Both the position numbers and the translations under genes were made by a program. The notes below the pieces were generated by a model. The model was not told where the DNA came from, did not search any database, and worked only from the letters and a program-made list of their open reading frames with translations. DNA of 63,290 nucleotides, the filler included, from an uncultured bacterium (GTDB taxonomy: Bacteria > Auribacterota > CAZIXI01), in the NCBI GenBank assembly GCA_964543115.1. It is 3 parts of 3 records of this genome, joined end to end, with 100 filler letters (N's around TTAATTAATTAA, not from the genome) between each part and the next. Parts side by side here need not be neighbours in the genome. Positions count along the whole stretch, not along the records: positions 21,527 to 42,873 come from CAZIXI010000030.1; 2 more parts are not named here. One strand, given 5' to 3'. Below are positions 29,366 through 39,914 of the stretch, one piece after another; positions within the stretch are counted from its first letter, which is position 1, and every line of letters begins with the position of its first letter.

Positions 29366-30370
29366 CTATTTTATCAACAATTCCCGAATCATCTCTGCCA
29401 CTTTCGGGCCCCAGCAACTAAGATTATATTTTTCCTCCATCGTCTGCCGGCCGGCCAGGCCAAACTGACGGCGCAGGTCCACATTTTCTATTAACTGCTT
29501 CAATTTTTCTTCCCATTCATCAAGCGAACTCGCTAAAAAACCGCTGCTGCCCTGCTGAATAATCTGATTATTCACCCCAACCGCTGAGGCAACAGCCGGA
29601 ATACCTGCCGCCAGATACTGGATGAGTTTAAATCCGCATTTACCTTGGGCCCAGGAATCCTGCGGCAGGGGCATCAAACCAATATCAATACCGGCTAACT
29701 GCTCACCCTCTTTATCACGCTGCCACTGTTCATAAGCCAATTGCCTTACCGCCAGGGCCGGCTGCCGGTCACTTATAACTTTCAAAATCACCTGCGGATA
29801 ACGCTCCCCTATACTTTTCAGCACCGGTTCAATCAGCCTGAGATATGATAACGTACTACTGGTACCCAACCAGCCGATAACAACCTTATTGCCCCGGCTG
29901 GAATAATCCTTACTCGGATATTGCGAAACGCTTAACACCGTCGGCACAACCCGAACCTTAGCGGCATCCTCGCCTCTGACTTGAGAAGAAAGATACTGGT
30001 TCCCGGCAATCAGCAATCCGGCGGTAGCGGCGGTCGCTTTGAACCGGCGGGCGCGCCGGGCGGAACTTTTCCCCGGGTCTTTCGAGTGCATAACGGCATC
30101 ATCAAAATCATAGATAATCTTTTGTCCGTTCCGGCGTGTCAAATAGCGCAAATATGCCAGCTCTGCCTGAGAAAACAATTTTTTCTGAATGAAAATGCCT
30201 TGATACTCTTTTATTTCCTTGCCCAGCAATAAGAGCCAACGTCTTCCGGCTCCTTGTACCGCCATGACCTTCGTCTCAATCCCCGCATCATGAAGATACG
30301 GCAAATACTGCAACAGGCGATACCTGGTACTGGGACGCTCCAACTGACTTGTCAGGCAAAGTAATTTCAT
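29366..30370 (-). CDS. GT4 family glycosyltransferase
   Basis: STRYRLLQY, YDFDDA, IGWLGT, GKCGFKLIQYLAAGIPAVAS.VGVN. Confidence 0.9.
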   Translation of the reverse strand: MKLLCLTSQLERPSTRYRLLQYLPYLHDAGIETKVMAVQGAGRRWLLLLGKEIKEYQGIFIQKKLFSQAELAYLRYLTRRNGQKIIYDFDDAVMHSKDPGKSSARRARRFKATAATAGLLIAGNQYLSSQVRGEDAAKVRVVPTVLSVSQYPSKDYSSRGNKVVIGWLGTSSTLSYLRLIEPVLKSIGERYPQVILKVISDRQPALAVRQLAYEQWQRDKEGEQLAGIDIGLMPLPQDSWAQGKCGFKLIQYLAAGIPAVASAVGVNNQIIQQGSSGFLASSLDEWEEKLKQLIENVDLRRQFGLAGRQTMEEKYNLSCWGPKVAEMIRELLIK

Positions 30371-30996
30371 TTTTTCTCCGCGACTACGGCAATCGACCTG
30401 GCAAAATCAATATCAAAATAACGGTGTATCGGCGCCGCCAGGTACAGGCGGATTATACGGGGAATAAGGGCATTATTGTATATCCGGAATATCTCCTTAA
30501 GATCAAATCCGAGACTTAATAATAACCCGCCGATCTCATCATAGCGGTAGGAAACCCTGTGCGAATATTCCCAATACCGGTTAGGATGAAAAACATTAGG
30601 GGTGGTCAAAATAAACTTGCCGCCGGGAAGCAATAACTCCTTGATCCTTTTTAACATCTGCACCGCTTCAGAAAATTCCAGGTGCTCGATAACCTCAAAT
30701 AAAAGGATCAAATCGAACTGCTCATCTATATCGGCAAGCGAATAATAATCATGCTTCCGGCTGCGGTCAACATCCATACTTTTAAAGATTAGGTTGGGCT
30801 GCAGCAGGCGCAGTTTATCCACACTATGCCGGTTGCCGGAACCAACATCCAAAACCCGGCAATCCTTTTTTAGATACGGCTGAACAACCGCGATGGCCTT
30901 CTTGGCTATCTTAATTCGCCAAAAATTAGGATAAAATTCGCGCACATTTTTTCTGAACTTATACAATCCCGACCAGCGGTCCGTTACATCTGACAT
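30367..30996 (-). CDS. Class I SAM-dependent methyltransferase
   Basis: VLDVGSG, FDLILLFEVIEHL, LLPGGKFILTTPN. Confidence 0.9.
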   Translation of the reverse strand: MSDVTDRWSGLYKFRKNVREFYPNFWRIKIAKKAIAVVQPYLKKDCRVLDVGSGNRHSVDKLRLLQPNLIFKSMDVDRSRKHDYYSLADIDEQFDLILLFEVIEHLEFSEAVQMLKRIKELLLPGGKFILTTPNVFHPNRYWEYSHRVSYRYDEIGGLLLSLGFDLKEIFRIYNNALIPRIIRLYLAAPIHRYFDIDFARSIAVVAEKK

Positions 30997-33934
30997 TGTT
31001 TTCTCCTCGCCAGCATCTTTTCAGTATGGCCGGCTATTTTTTTTGTTTTTCTGTTTATTCTGCCCAGCAATTGCCGTCTACGACCGGTAAAATTATTTCC
31101 TCCCAAATAGCAGCGAAGAAAGCGAATCCGGTCACTATCACTGATAGCGGCAAACGGGCAGGAAAAATTAAGGCTGGTCAGGTCCTTAACCTGCCAGTGA
31201 CCGCGCAAAAGCCGGTGTTCAGCCACCCGTTGTAAATCAATAAGGAATAAGGTAAAACGCTCACCCTCTCCGCTCGCGCGCACAAATATATGCCCCGAAT
31301 AAAAATCCTTATGGAAAAGACAATTATCGTGTAACCACTTCGTTAACCGGGCCAGTTGGCGAATAAGAACCCGTTTCTGCCCGCTCTTCTCCGCGGAAAG
31401 CGGCGGTTTAAAATAGCGGGGGATAAAATCTTCCAGCCGCTCGGCATCCTCCAGGGCCTCGGTAATAAAATATGCCTGCCGCCCGTCCGGCTCCCAGCCA
31501 ACAGCAACCGGCGTCATGGTATTAATGCCCAACGACCGCAAGCGAAAGATATTCTGCCACTCCCTCCTGGCCCAGACTCCGCCGCGGCGGCTAAAATGCC
31601 GCTTAAGATAATAAACTTTCCCTTTGTCTTCAAATCTGACAACAGAACGTAATTTATTTTTCTTTAGCAGCTGTCCGCCGCTAAAAGCCATCACCTTATC
31701 CGCTGCCAGCCAGCCCTTATCCGCCAGCCAGCTTCTATACCCATTACCAGCCAAAACCCCGTTGACGGCAGATTGGTTTTCCCCGGCCTCCGCTAAAGCG
31801 ACAATAGTCATATCCACATTCTTCTCGAGCGTAAGATCCTTAACCGCCCTCAGCGCTTCCCGGGCAAGCAATTCACTATCACGGCAAAAAAGAAGCTCAT
31901 TTATATATTCCGCCAATTCAACTACCGCCTGCGGCCGGGTAACAATATAACCGTTCTTCCCCGCACAAATCAACTCACTTGCTCCATTCATCTTTGTTGT
32001 CACAACCGGCAGACCACAGGCCAGGGCTTCCAGGCAGACATTGGCGCAGGGATCATAATATGTGGGCAAAACAAACAAATCCGCCGCACCATAATAACGC
32101 CAGGGCGTTGTTGTGGTCCCGATAAAAATAACCCGCTTAGCTAAGCCCTGCCCAGCAATTAACCGGCGCCATCTTTTAGGCCGGCCCCGCCCAACCACCA
32201 GCAGCCAGAGAGAATCTTTTTTTAGGCGGCCGAGGGCGACGATTAATTCCCTTAGCCCTTTCCTCTTCCAGTTATGGGAGACGAAAAGAATAACCTTAGC
32301 GGTTAGCGGAATTTTCAACTCCTCCCTCACCTGCTGACGGTACTGCCCTCTGACATGGTGAGAAAAATTTGTCCGATCGATCCCGTTATAAGCCACCGTC
32401 ACCGCCGCCGGATCAATCGGGTAACGGCTGAGCAGTTGATTTTTGCACAACCGGGAATTGGTAATAATTTTCTTATAATTACCCGGTGAGAATATTTTAT
32501 TTTCTACCCAGAGACGAACAGCCACTTTAGGCCGAATAACATTAATCAGCTGCTGCCAGAATTTCGGGTAACGAATGCTAAACCAGCTGTGTTCCAGACC
32601 GCCTCCCAACCGGAACACATCCTGGGGATAAATCTGGGTTAATCCATACACTAAATCATATTTTCTCTTCCCTAATAATTTCTGTACGGCACGATTAAAA
32701 CTTAACGGCATCAGTACAGAACTCCGCCTGATTGCCCGCACCTGCCGCAACGTCACACCGGCTGGCGGGTCACCATTAACACCATTAACGATAAGATCAA
32801 CGGCAATTCCCCGCTTAGCCATTCTCTGGGCAACACTGACCAGGTACCGTTCCGCCCCCCCCTTCACTAGATCATAATCCTTCATCACCAGGGCTACCCG
32901 CCAGTCTTTCCACGAGCGAAACGAGCGAAGCTCGTCCTGGGCTAATAGTGTCTTGAGGGCACTCAGCACATCATTAACCGTCACCTGCCGCATACACTCC
33001 AGGGAACCACGACAACGGCGCTCGAGACAGGGACTGCAGGACAAATCTTTTTTTACAACCACCGCCTGTCCGCGGGGCCCTGTCCGCCGGGAATCCGTAG
33101 AACCGAAAATGGCGGTTACCGGCACACCCAAACTGGCCGCCAGATGCATCGGCCCGCTGTCATTAGCAATAAATACCTTTGCCAGACTAATAATACCGGC
33201 CAATAAACCCAAATCTGTTTCTCCCGCCAGATTAATAATCCGCTCGCGTGCCGAAATATTATTAATAATTTCCGCTACCTGCGGCTTCTCCCGGGCGGAA
33301 CCACAAACAAAAAACCAACTTTGATCCTCGGCCTGCACTTGCTCTAGCAATTGACTGAACCGCCGCGGCAGCCAGCATTTCGCCGGACCATAACTGGCCG
33401 TGGCATGTACACCAATAAGCCCTGCTCCTTCCCGCCAACCCCGCGCCAACAAAAACTCTTTTGCCTGTTCCCGCAAAGCGTCATCAACACTGACGCGCGG
33501 AATTGCACCTTTGCCCCGGTCAGCAGAATCCGCCAAGATCCCCGTAAAATAATCTATCTGATGCAGCTCCTGCCAGCCAACCGGCAGTGGAACGGTATTG
33601 GTCAACAGCCATTGCCGGCCGTTCCTGCGATAGCCAGTCCGCCGGGGAATTCCCGCCAGGGCCGGCCCCAGGGCGGATTCCCAGGAATTGGGTAAAATAA
33701 AGGCCTGCTCAAACCGGTATTTTTTCAATTCCCGAATAAACGACCAATTAATACCCTGATAAGTAATTACTTCATCGATTTCAGGAACCAGCCGCCAAAG
33801 ACCAGTCAAACCCGGTTTGGTCAAAACCGTTAGTTCCGCCGCCGGAAACAATCTTCGTATCCCCTGCACAACCGGAATAGCCATCACACTATCCCCTAAC
33901 CAGTNNNNNNNNNNATTATAACTATCTTTGTCAT
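30984..33934 (-). CDS. Triple fusion: heptosyltransferase II-like (GT9), GT4 (WaaG-like) and LPS kinase (WaaP-like)
   Basis: Start ATG at 33934 (MTKIVI) before the N10 gap, then NWLGDSVM. GT9: ANDSGPMHLA. GT4: GGAERY, YDPCANVCLEALACGLPVV. Kinase: FHKDFYSGHI...IDLQR. Confidence 0.88.
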
Positions 33935-34806
33935 GACCCCTTCGCCCCTCGTCCTTCGTCCCTCATCCCTCTCCATCTCCGGTGCACCCACCACCACTGT
34001 TCCGGGTACTGTCGAATGTACTTCTCTAACGGACGAACCATTCTCTGCGTGATTACCTCTATGTCTTTTGTTACATTATCCGTAGTTGCTGCCGCAACCG
34101 GCGGTTCAATAATTACCTGATACCTGCCGGCCTTCTGCCTGATCATAAATGCCGGTACAATCGGTGCCCCGGTACGCAGGGCCATTACCGCCGGGCTGGC
34201 AGTAGTAGACGTAGGCAAACCCAGAAAATCAACAAAAACCGCCTTCCGACCGGCATACTGATCAATAAGAATTGCCGCGTTTTTGCCGGCCCGCAAACAC
34301 TCCAGCAATTGCCGCAATGACCCCTTCTTGCTAAATATTTCCAAATCCCAACGTTTCCTTTTTCTTTTGATATAGCGGTCAACTGCCTTATTTTTTATAT
34401 CCCTGCCCACGGCAACCAGCGGCCGCACCCCTTCCCGCGCCGCCACCCGGCCCAGTACTTCCCAATTGCCCAGATGCCCGATAATAAATATCATCCCCTG
34501 TTTTTTTTCTAAAAATGGCTGGTAATTTTTTTTACCGAGAATCTCAATTTCCTTAGGCAGGCAGCGCAGAAACTCAATGAAATTCATCCCCAGATGATGA
34601 AATGAGTGCCGGGCAACCCGGCGTATTTCCCGGGCACTTTTCTCTCCAGCAAAAACCCGCCGGATATTAGCAATCGCCAGCCGGCGATGCCTCCGATCAA
34701 GCAGATACCCCAGATCACCCACCAGCCACCCCAAAGACAAGGCAATACAATGCGGCAGGCAATTAACCAAAAAAGTAATACTTCTTAAAAGCAAACTTAA
34801 TAACAC
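33931..34806 (-). CDS. Lipid A biosynthesis acyltransferase (LpxL/HtrB family)
   Basis: GHLGNWE, ILIDQY, FLGLPTSTT.SPA..ALRTGAPIVP, PEQWWWVHRRW. A GTG start at 34806 follows a GGAGG RBS (track start 34821). Confidence 0.9.
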   Translation of the reverse strand: MLLSLLLRSITFLVNCLPHCIALSLGWLVGDLGYLLDRRHRRLAIANIRRVFAGEKSAREIRRVARHSFHHLGMNFIEFLRCLPKEIEILGKKNYQPFLEKKQGMIFIIGHLGNWEVLGRVAAREGVRPLVAVGRDIKNKAVDRYIKRKRKRWDLEIFSKKGSLRQLLECLRAGKNAAILIDQYAGRKAVFVDFLGLPTSTTASPAVMALRTGAPIVPAFMIRQKAGRYQVIIEPPVAAATTDNVTKDIEVITQRMVRPLEKYIRQYPEQWWWVHRRWRGMRDEGRGAKGS

Positions 34807-34816
34807 TATCTCTCCT

Positions 34817-34970
34817 CCCAAGCTTCGCTTGGGCCTGCCCCCCCGATTTCATCGGGGGACTGCCCCGCTTCGCGGGGCTGCCATTATATGAATGTATATA
34901 GACTGCCCTAAAACACCAAAACCCCAAGCTTTGCTTGGGGCTGCCATTATATGAATGGCTATAGACTGTC
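34817..34970. repeat. Hairpin repeat family cluster with four different hairpin variants
   Basis: CCCAAGCTTCGCTTGGG; CCCCCGATTTCATCGGGGG; CCCCGCTTCGCGGGG; CCCCAAGCTTTGCTTGGGG. The last two are each followed by CTGCCATTATATGAATG..TATAGACTG. Confidence 0.85.
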
Positions 34971-35103
34971 CTAGGCTAGGCCCTGGGATTGTCTTTATAA
35001 AATATATTAAATGTGTTGAAATTATATATTAATTATATATATAATACAAGGACAATTCTATTCTGCTATTGTTTCATAACCTGTTAGAAAGGAGTGATTT
35101 ATC

Positions 35104-36312
35104 ATGGATGAAAAAGTGTTAAAAAACCTGATCAGCAAGAATGATTCTAAAATAGTACTTTTGGTGATGGACGGCCTGGGCGGCCTGGCCGAAAAAACCG
35201 GCGGAAAAACAGAGCTGGCAACAGCTAAAACCCCTAACCTTGATAAATTAGCAGCTGTCTCCAGCTGCGGCCTATTGGACCCGATTGGCCCGGGCATCAC
35301 CCCGGGCAGCGGCCCGGCCCACCTGGCGCTTTTTGGCTATGATCCCATAACAAGTAATATCGGCCGGGGTGTCCTTTCGGCTTTGGGTATAGATTTTGAT
35401 TTAAAACAAGGCGATCTCTGTGCCCGGGCAAATTTTGCCACCATTGACCCGAGCGATACTGTCTTGGACCGCCGGGCCGGACGCATTGCCACAGAACTAA
35501 ATACAGAACTCTGTACCCGGCTGCGCTCTCAGATTAAGGTACCTGATAAATATAAACTTTTCATCGAAACAGAAAAAGAACACCGGGCCGCCCTGATCCT
35601 GCGCGGGCCGGATCTAAACGAAAACATCGCGGAAACGGATCCGCAAAAAACAGGGCTGAAACTGATTCCTCCGCAGGCCCAGCAACCGGAAGCGGAAAAC
35701 ACATCTGCTCTGTTAATAGATATTCTTAAACAAATCAAGGAAATCCTCAAAGATCAGCCCAAGGCAAACATGCTGCTTTTACGCGGGTTTGCCCAGTATC
35801 ATCCTTGTCCGACCATTAAAGAGAAATTCCAGCTTAACAGTATGGCTATTGCCGGCTATCCAATGTACCGCGGACTGGCCAAATTAGTGGGGATGGCCCT
35901 AACCCCGCCGCCGCATGACGACAAGGAAAGTATCCAACTGTTAAAAGAGAATATCGCCAAATATGATTTCTTCTACGTCCACGTAAAGAAAACCGACAGT
36001 TACGGTGAAGACGGTAATTTCGCGGCTAAGGTAAAGGTAATTGAAGAAACAGACAAATTGATCCCTGCCATTCTGAAAATGAAACCAGATGTATTGGCCG
36101 TGACCTGTGACCATTCCACCCCGGCCACACTGAAGGCCCATAGCTGGCACCCAATACCGGTTCTGCTCCACTCGCAGTATTGCCGCCAGGACGGCCTGAA
36201 GGAATTTACTGAAAAGGCCTGTTGCCAGGGAAGCATCAGCCGCCAGCCGTCAGTTAACCTCATGAGCCTGATGCTGGCTAACGCCCTGCGGCTCAAAAAA
36301 TACGGGGCCTAA
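35104..36312 (+). CDS. apgM: 2,3-bisphosphoglycerate-independent phosphoglycerate mutase (ApgM type)
   Basis: LVMDGLG, PGSGPAHLALFGYD, HVKKTDSYGEDG, TCDHSTP, HSWHPIP. Confidence 0.92.
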   Translation: MDEKVLKNLISKNDSKIVLLVMDGLGGLAEKTGGKTELATAKTPNLDKLAAVSSCGLLDPIGPGITPGSGPAHLALFGYDPITSNIGRGVLSALGIDFDLKQGDLCARANFATIDPSDTVLDRRAGRIATELNTELCTRLRSQIKVPDKYKLFIETEKEHRAALILRGPDLNENIAETDPQKTGLKLIPPQAQQPEAENTSALLIDILKQIKEILKDQPKANMLLLRGFAQYHPCPTIKEKFQLNSMAIAGYPMYRGLAKLVGMALTPPPHDDKESIQLLKENIAKYDFFYVHVKKTDSYGEDGNFAAKVKVIEETDKLIPAILKMKPDVLAVTCDHSTPATLKAHSWHPIPVLLHSQYCRQDGLKEFTEKACCQGSISRQPSVNLMSLMLANALRLKKYGA

Positions 36313-36384
36313 TGAATCAACGTGTTGAAAAAATCATTTTTCAAACACTTTAATCGTTTGGTGTGATATACAAAATACGCTGCC

Positions 36385-37584
36385 TCAACCGGAATGCACC
36401 AGATGCATCGTATCGCGGGCAATGAGCAGCTCTTCATTGGTAGGAACTACCAGAATCTTTACTTTTGAGTGAGGGGTACTAATAATTTTTTCCTTCTTAC
36501 CAGACACATTCGCGCTATTATCTATAGTTACACCTAAAAAACCTAATTTTTCACATACCTTATGCCGGGTATAGGCATGGTTTTCACCGATTCCGGCCGT
36601 AAACACAATGGCGTCTACTCCGTTCATTGCCACTATATAGGCACCGATATATTTCTGGATCCGGTGAATAAACACATCCAGTGCCGCCTGGGCCTGATGA
36701 TTCCCGGCCCGGGCCGCTTTAGAGATATCACGCATATCACTACCCACTCCGGAGAGGCCCAGCAACCCGCTTTGTTTATTAAGTAATTTACTGATTTTGG
36801 CAACGGAAAGCTTTTCTTTATCCATCAGATAAAAAACAACCGCCGGATCAATATCTCCGCAGCGGGTACCCATCACCAGCCCTTCCAGCGGCGTGAATCC
36901 CATACTGGTATCAATCACTTTTCCGTGCATGGTAGCGGTAATACTGCAGCCGTTCCCCAAATGACAGCCAATAATTTTAAGGTTGGGCATAATTTCGCCT
37001 AACAACTCCGCCGTTCGATGCGCAACATAACGATGTGAGGTACCATGAAATCCATACCGGCGGATTTTATACTTATTATACAATTTATAGGGCAGGCCAT
37101 AGAGGTAACTGGCCCGGGGCATGGAATGGTAATAGGCGGTGTCAAAAACAGCAACCTGTTTTGTTCCCGGCAAAAGATGCTGACAGGCAGTAATACCCAA
37201 AAGATTGGGCGGATTATGGAGCGGTGCTAATTCGCTGTATTTATCAATTGCCTTAATTACATTATCATCAACAATCACCGAGTCAGAAAACTCTTCTCCG
37301 CCATGCACTACCCGATGACCAACGGCTACAATTTCCGAAAGATCAGCTAATACTCCGTAACGCGAATCGGTTAGCATCTTCAGGGCAATCTTAATTGCCG
37401 CCCTATGGTCAGAGACAGAAAGCTCTTTAGTAACTTTCCCCTTCCGCAAGGCCTGCTGCTGGAGCAGAGCCTGCTTCATGCCAATCCGTTCGATCATCCC
37501 TTTGGCCATAACCGTATACTTAGGCAATTTGAACAGGGTATATCTAACGGAGGAACTTCCGGAATTAATAACTAATATACTCAT
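36385..37584 (-). CDS. ackA: Acetate kinase
   Basis: VINSGSSS, GHRVVHGGE, APLHNP, RRYGFHGTSH, GTRCGDIDP, PTNEEL. Confidence 0.97.
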   Translation of the reverse strand: MSILVINSGSSSVRYTLFKLPKYTVMAKGMIERIGMKQALLQQQALRKGKVTKELSVSDHRAAIKIALKMLTDSRYGVLADLSEIVAVGHRVVHGGEEFSDSVIVDDNVIKAIDKYSELAPLHNPPNLLGITACQHLLPGTKQVAVFDTAYYHSMPRASYLYGLPYKLYNKYKIRRYGFHGTSHRYVAHRTAELLGEIMPNLKIIGCHLGNGCSITATMHGKVIDTSMGFTPLEGLVMGTRCGDIDPAVVFYLMDKEKLSVAKISKLLNKQSGLLGLSGVGSDMRDISKAARAGNHQAQAALDVFIHRIQKYIGAYIVAMNGVDAIVFTAGIGENHAYTRHKVCEKLGFLGVTIDNSANVSGKKEKIISTPHSKVKILVVPTNEELLIARDTMHLVHSG

Positions 37585-37769
37585 AAAAGCGGTTTATCGT
37601 TTCTAGTTTATGGTTTCTGGTTTTTACTTTGTAATTATTTCCTTTTCAAACAATAATTGGTTATCCATTAAAGATACTCTATACTAAATACTTGATCTAG
37701 GATCTAAATCATAGCACAACATCCCATTTCCCCAATTCAATTTCTCATTGAACTAAAAAAATCGGAATA

Positions 37770-37937
37770 TTATTTTTTTTCTTCTTTTTCTTCTTCCGTG
37801 CCTTCTTTCAAGCCTTTCTTCAGCTCATTTATGGTCTTACCAATTGCCCGGCCAATCTGCGGGAGACGGGTCGCGCCAAACACCAATAAGGCAATAAGAA
37901 GAATTACCAGTAATTCCGGCATGCCAATGCCAAACAT
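37770..37937 (-). CDS. tatA: Twin-arginine translocase subunit TatA/E (55 aa; not in ORF track)
   Basis: Manual translation [55 protein letters not shown], with a GGAGG RBS upstream. Confidence 0.93.
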   Translation of the reverse strand: MFGIGMPELLVILLIALLVFGATRLPQIGRAIGKTINELKKGLKEGTEEEKEEKK

Positions 37938-37946
37938 ACATACCTC

Positions 37947-38333
37947 CTAACCTTTAAAAACAAATGGTAAAAACTCCGGCTTATGCTCCTGTAAATAGTT
38001 ACGCAAATCTTCTTCTGTCTGCAAAAATACCTCGCAGCCCTCCGGGTTCAGTTCATCTACCCCATCACATTCATCGGTTGTATACTCGCGGCAGACATCC
38101 GGCCGTTCTTCATAACGCAGACAGTGATGTCCCTCCCTGTCTAAATACTCGCAATCGGAGATAAATTCCACTCTCCACTCATTTTCGTCATAACATTTAT
38201 AAACGACAACATTCTTATGGAGGATATACCAGCGAATCTCATCATAATCTTCCCATTCCTGCGGCGGGGCCAGATCCACGGTCACATAAGTACAACACAG
38301 ACCACTACAATGATGACATTTATTGTGCGTCAT
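37947..38333 (-). CDS. YkgJ/FliB-type cysteine-cluster protein
   Basis: CHHCSGLCC...CEYL...CLRYEERPDVCREY; likely start is the ATG at 38333. Confidence 0.82.
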   Translation of the reverse strand: MTHNKCHHCSGLCCTYVTVDLAPPQEWEDYDEIRWYILHKNVVVYKCYDENEWRVEFISDCEYLDREGHHCLRYEERPDVCREYTTDECDGVDELNPEGCEVFLQTEEDLRNYLQEHKPEFLPFVFKG

Positions 38334-38340
38334 AAATCCT

Positions 38341-38904
38341 TCACTCCTTCTTAATCTTTTTACCAAACAATGAGGCAATCCTCCCGGCGCACCAGATAAT
38401 GACCAGCGCACCGGTAATCCCTTCCAGCGCACCGGCAATAACATCAAGAGGATAATGCACACCTACATAGACGCGGGAAAATCCCACAATCACTGCTCCA
38501 AGAAAAAACACCGGTGATATCCGAGCGTAAAACCAGCTGAGCATCATGGCCAGGGTAAAAATATTCACCGCGTGATTTGAGGGAAAAGCATATGATATAC
38601 CCTTACCCGCGGCCAACTGCGCCGCCGTATATGTTTCGCCGGGCCGCAGGCGGCCAAAAAACGGTTTTAAAATATAACTGTTCAGATTATCCATAACCAG
38701 GACAGAAACCAGCAGTAAGACACAGGCCCAGCGACCCCGCCGGCCACCAAAAATAAACAGGGCCAGCCAGGCAAGCGCAATTACCCAGATCCAATTATCA
38801 AAATCAGTAATAATCGGCATCCATCTATCCAGGAAAGCACAGGACATCCGTTCCTGCACAAAGCTAAACAGTTGTTTGTCAATAGCAATTAACCAATCCA
38901 TCAA
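38341..38904 (-). CDS. PAP2 family phosphatase (undecaprenyl-diphosphate or lipid A phosphatase-like)
   Basis: KPFFGRLRP, FPSNHA, SRVYVGVHYPLDV. Confidence 0.92.
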   Translation of the reverse strand: MMDWLIAIDKQLFSFVQERMSCAFLDRWMPIITDFDNWIWVIALAWLALFIFGGRRGRWACVLLLVSVLVMDNLNSYILKPFFGRLRPGETYTAAQLAAGKGISYAFPSNHAVNIFTLAMMLSWFYARISPVFFLGAVIVGFSRVYVGVHYPLDVIAGALEGITGALVIIWCAGRIASLFGKKIKKE

Positions 38905-38965
38905 TGCTTCCTCCCGGTGACGTTTAATATATCAAATAGTAACACTAGTAAGCAAAGGTTTTTTA

Positions 38966-39057
38966 CCCCCAGCTTCGCTGGGGACTACTAAAGTGGAATG
39001 GGTATAGATTGCCCCCAGCTTCGCTGGGGACTACTAGAATTGAATGGATATAGATTG
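38966..39057. repeat. Hairpin repeat family, two 46-bp units
   Basis: CCCCCAGCTTCGCTGGGGACTACTA..GAATGG.TATAGATTG twice. Confidence 0.85.
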
Positions 39058-39110
39058 GGCTTGCCAAAAATATCAATTATGCTAGAATAGCCCCTTCTTA
39101 AGGAGATATT

Positions 39111-39914
39111 ATGTACGCAATATTAAAAAAGCAAGAGATCGCTAAAGATACCACTCTTTTTGTCATTGCCGCCCCGGATATCGCCCGCAAGGCGGAACCG
39201 GGACAATTCGTGGTCATCCGGCTTCAGGAACAGGGAGAACGCATCCCCCTGACCCTGGCTGATATGGATACGGCAGCCGGCACAATCACCCTGATCGCCC
39301 TGGAAATCGGTTACACCACCAAACAGCTTGCCAGACTCAACACCGGGGATAATATTCTGGATGTAGCCGGCCCCCTGGGTGAACCAACACATATTGAAAA
39401 AATCGGCACAATAGTCGGTTTGGGAGGGGGAATTGGTATCGCGCCGCTTTATCCCATCTTACGCAAATTCAAACAAACCGGTAATAAGGTTATTGCCATT
39501 ATCGGCGCAAAAATTAAAGAATACCTGTTTTGGGAAAATGAAATCCGGGCAATCAGCGATCAATTGATTATTACAACCGACAACGGTTCTTACGGACAAA
39601 AGGGATTCGTCATCGATCCGCTCAAGGAAATGATTAACAAAGGCCTGGCTATAGACCTGGCCTTTGCCGTCGGCCCTGTCCCAATGATGAAGGCGGTCGC
39701 CGATACTACCCGGCCGGCTAATATCCCGACGGTGGTCAGTCTCAACCCCATCATGATCGATGCCACCGGCATGTGCGGCGGCTGCCGGATAAGCGTAGGC
39801 GGGGAAACCAAATTTGCCTGTGTTGACGGCCCGGAATTTGACGCCCACAAAGTAGATTTTGATTTACTCAGCCAACGTCAGCGGATGTATAAGGAAAAAG
39901 AGGCCGGCTTATGA
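39111..39914 (+). CDS. nfnA: NfnA/SudB-type FAD and [2Fe-2S] subunit
   Basis: ERIPLT, GPLG, GGGIGIAP, DATGMCGGCR...CVDGPEFD. Confidence 0.85.
   Translation: MYAILKKQEIAKDTTLFVIAAPDIARKAEPGQFVVIRLQEQGERIPLTLADMDTAAGTITLIALEIGYTTKQLARLNTGDNILDVAGPLGEPTHIEKIGTIVGLGGGIGIAPLYPILRKFKQTGNKVIAIIGAKIKEYLFWENEIRAISDQLIITTDNGSYGQKGFVIDPLKEMINKGLAIDLAFAVGPVPMMKAVADTTRPANIPTVVSLNPIMIDATGMCGGCRISVGGETKFACVDGPEFDAHKVDFDLLSQRQRMYKEKEAGL

Noticed and set aside
33940..33972. 7-mer repeats (CCCCTTC/GTCCTTC/GTCCCTC) giving the RGMRDEGRGAKGS tail; similar GTTTCTA/GTTTATG/GTTTCTG run near 37598
   Set aside because: They are too short and degenerate to call as elements, and no inverted partner or cargo gene is visible.
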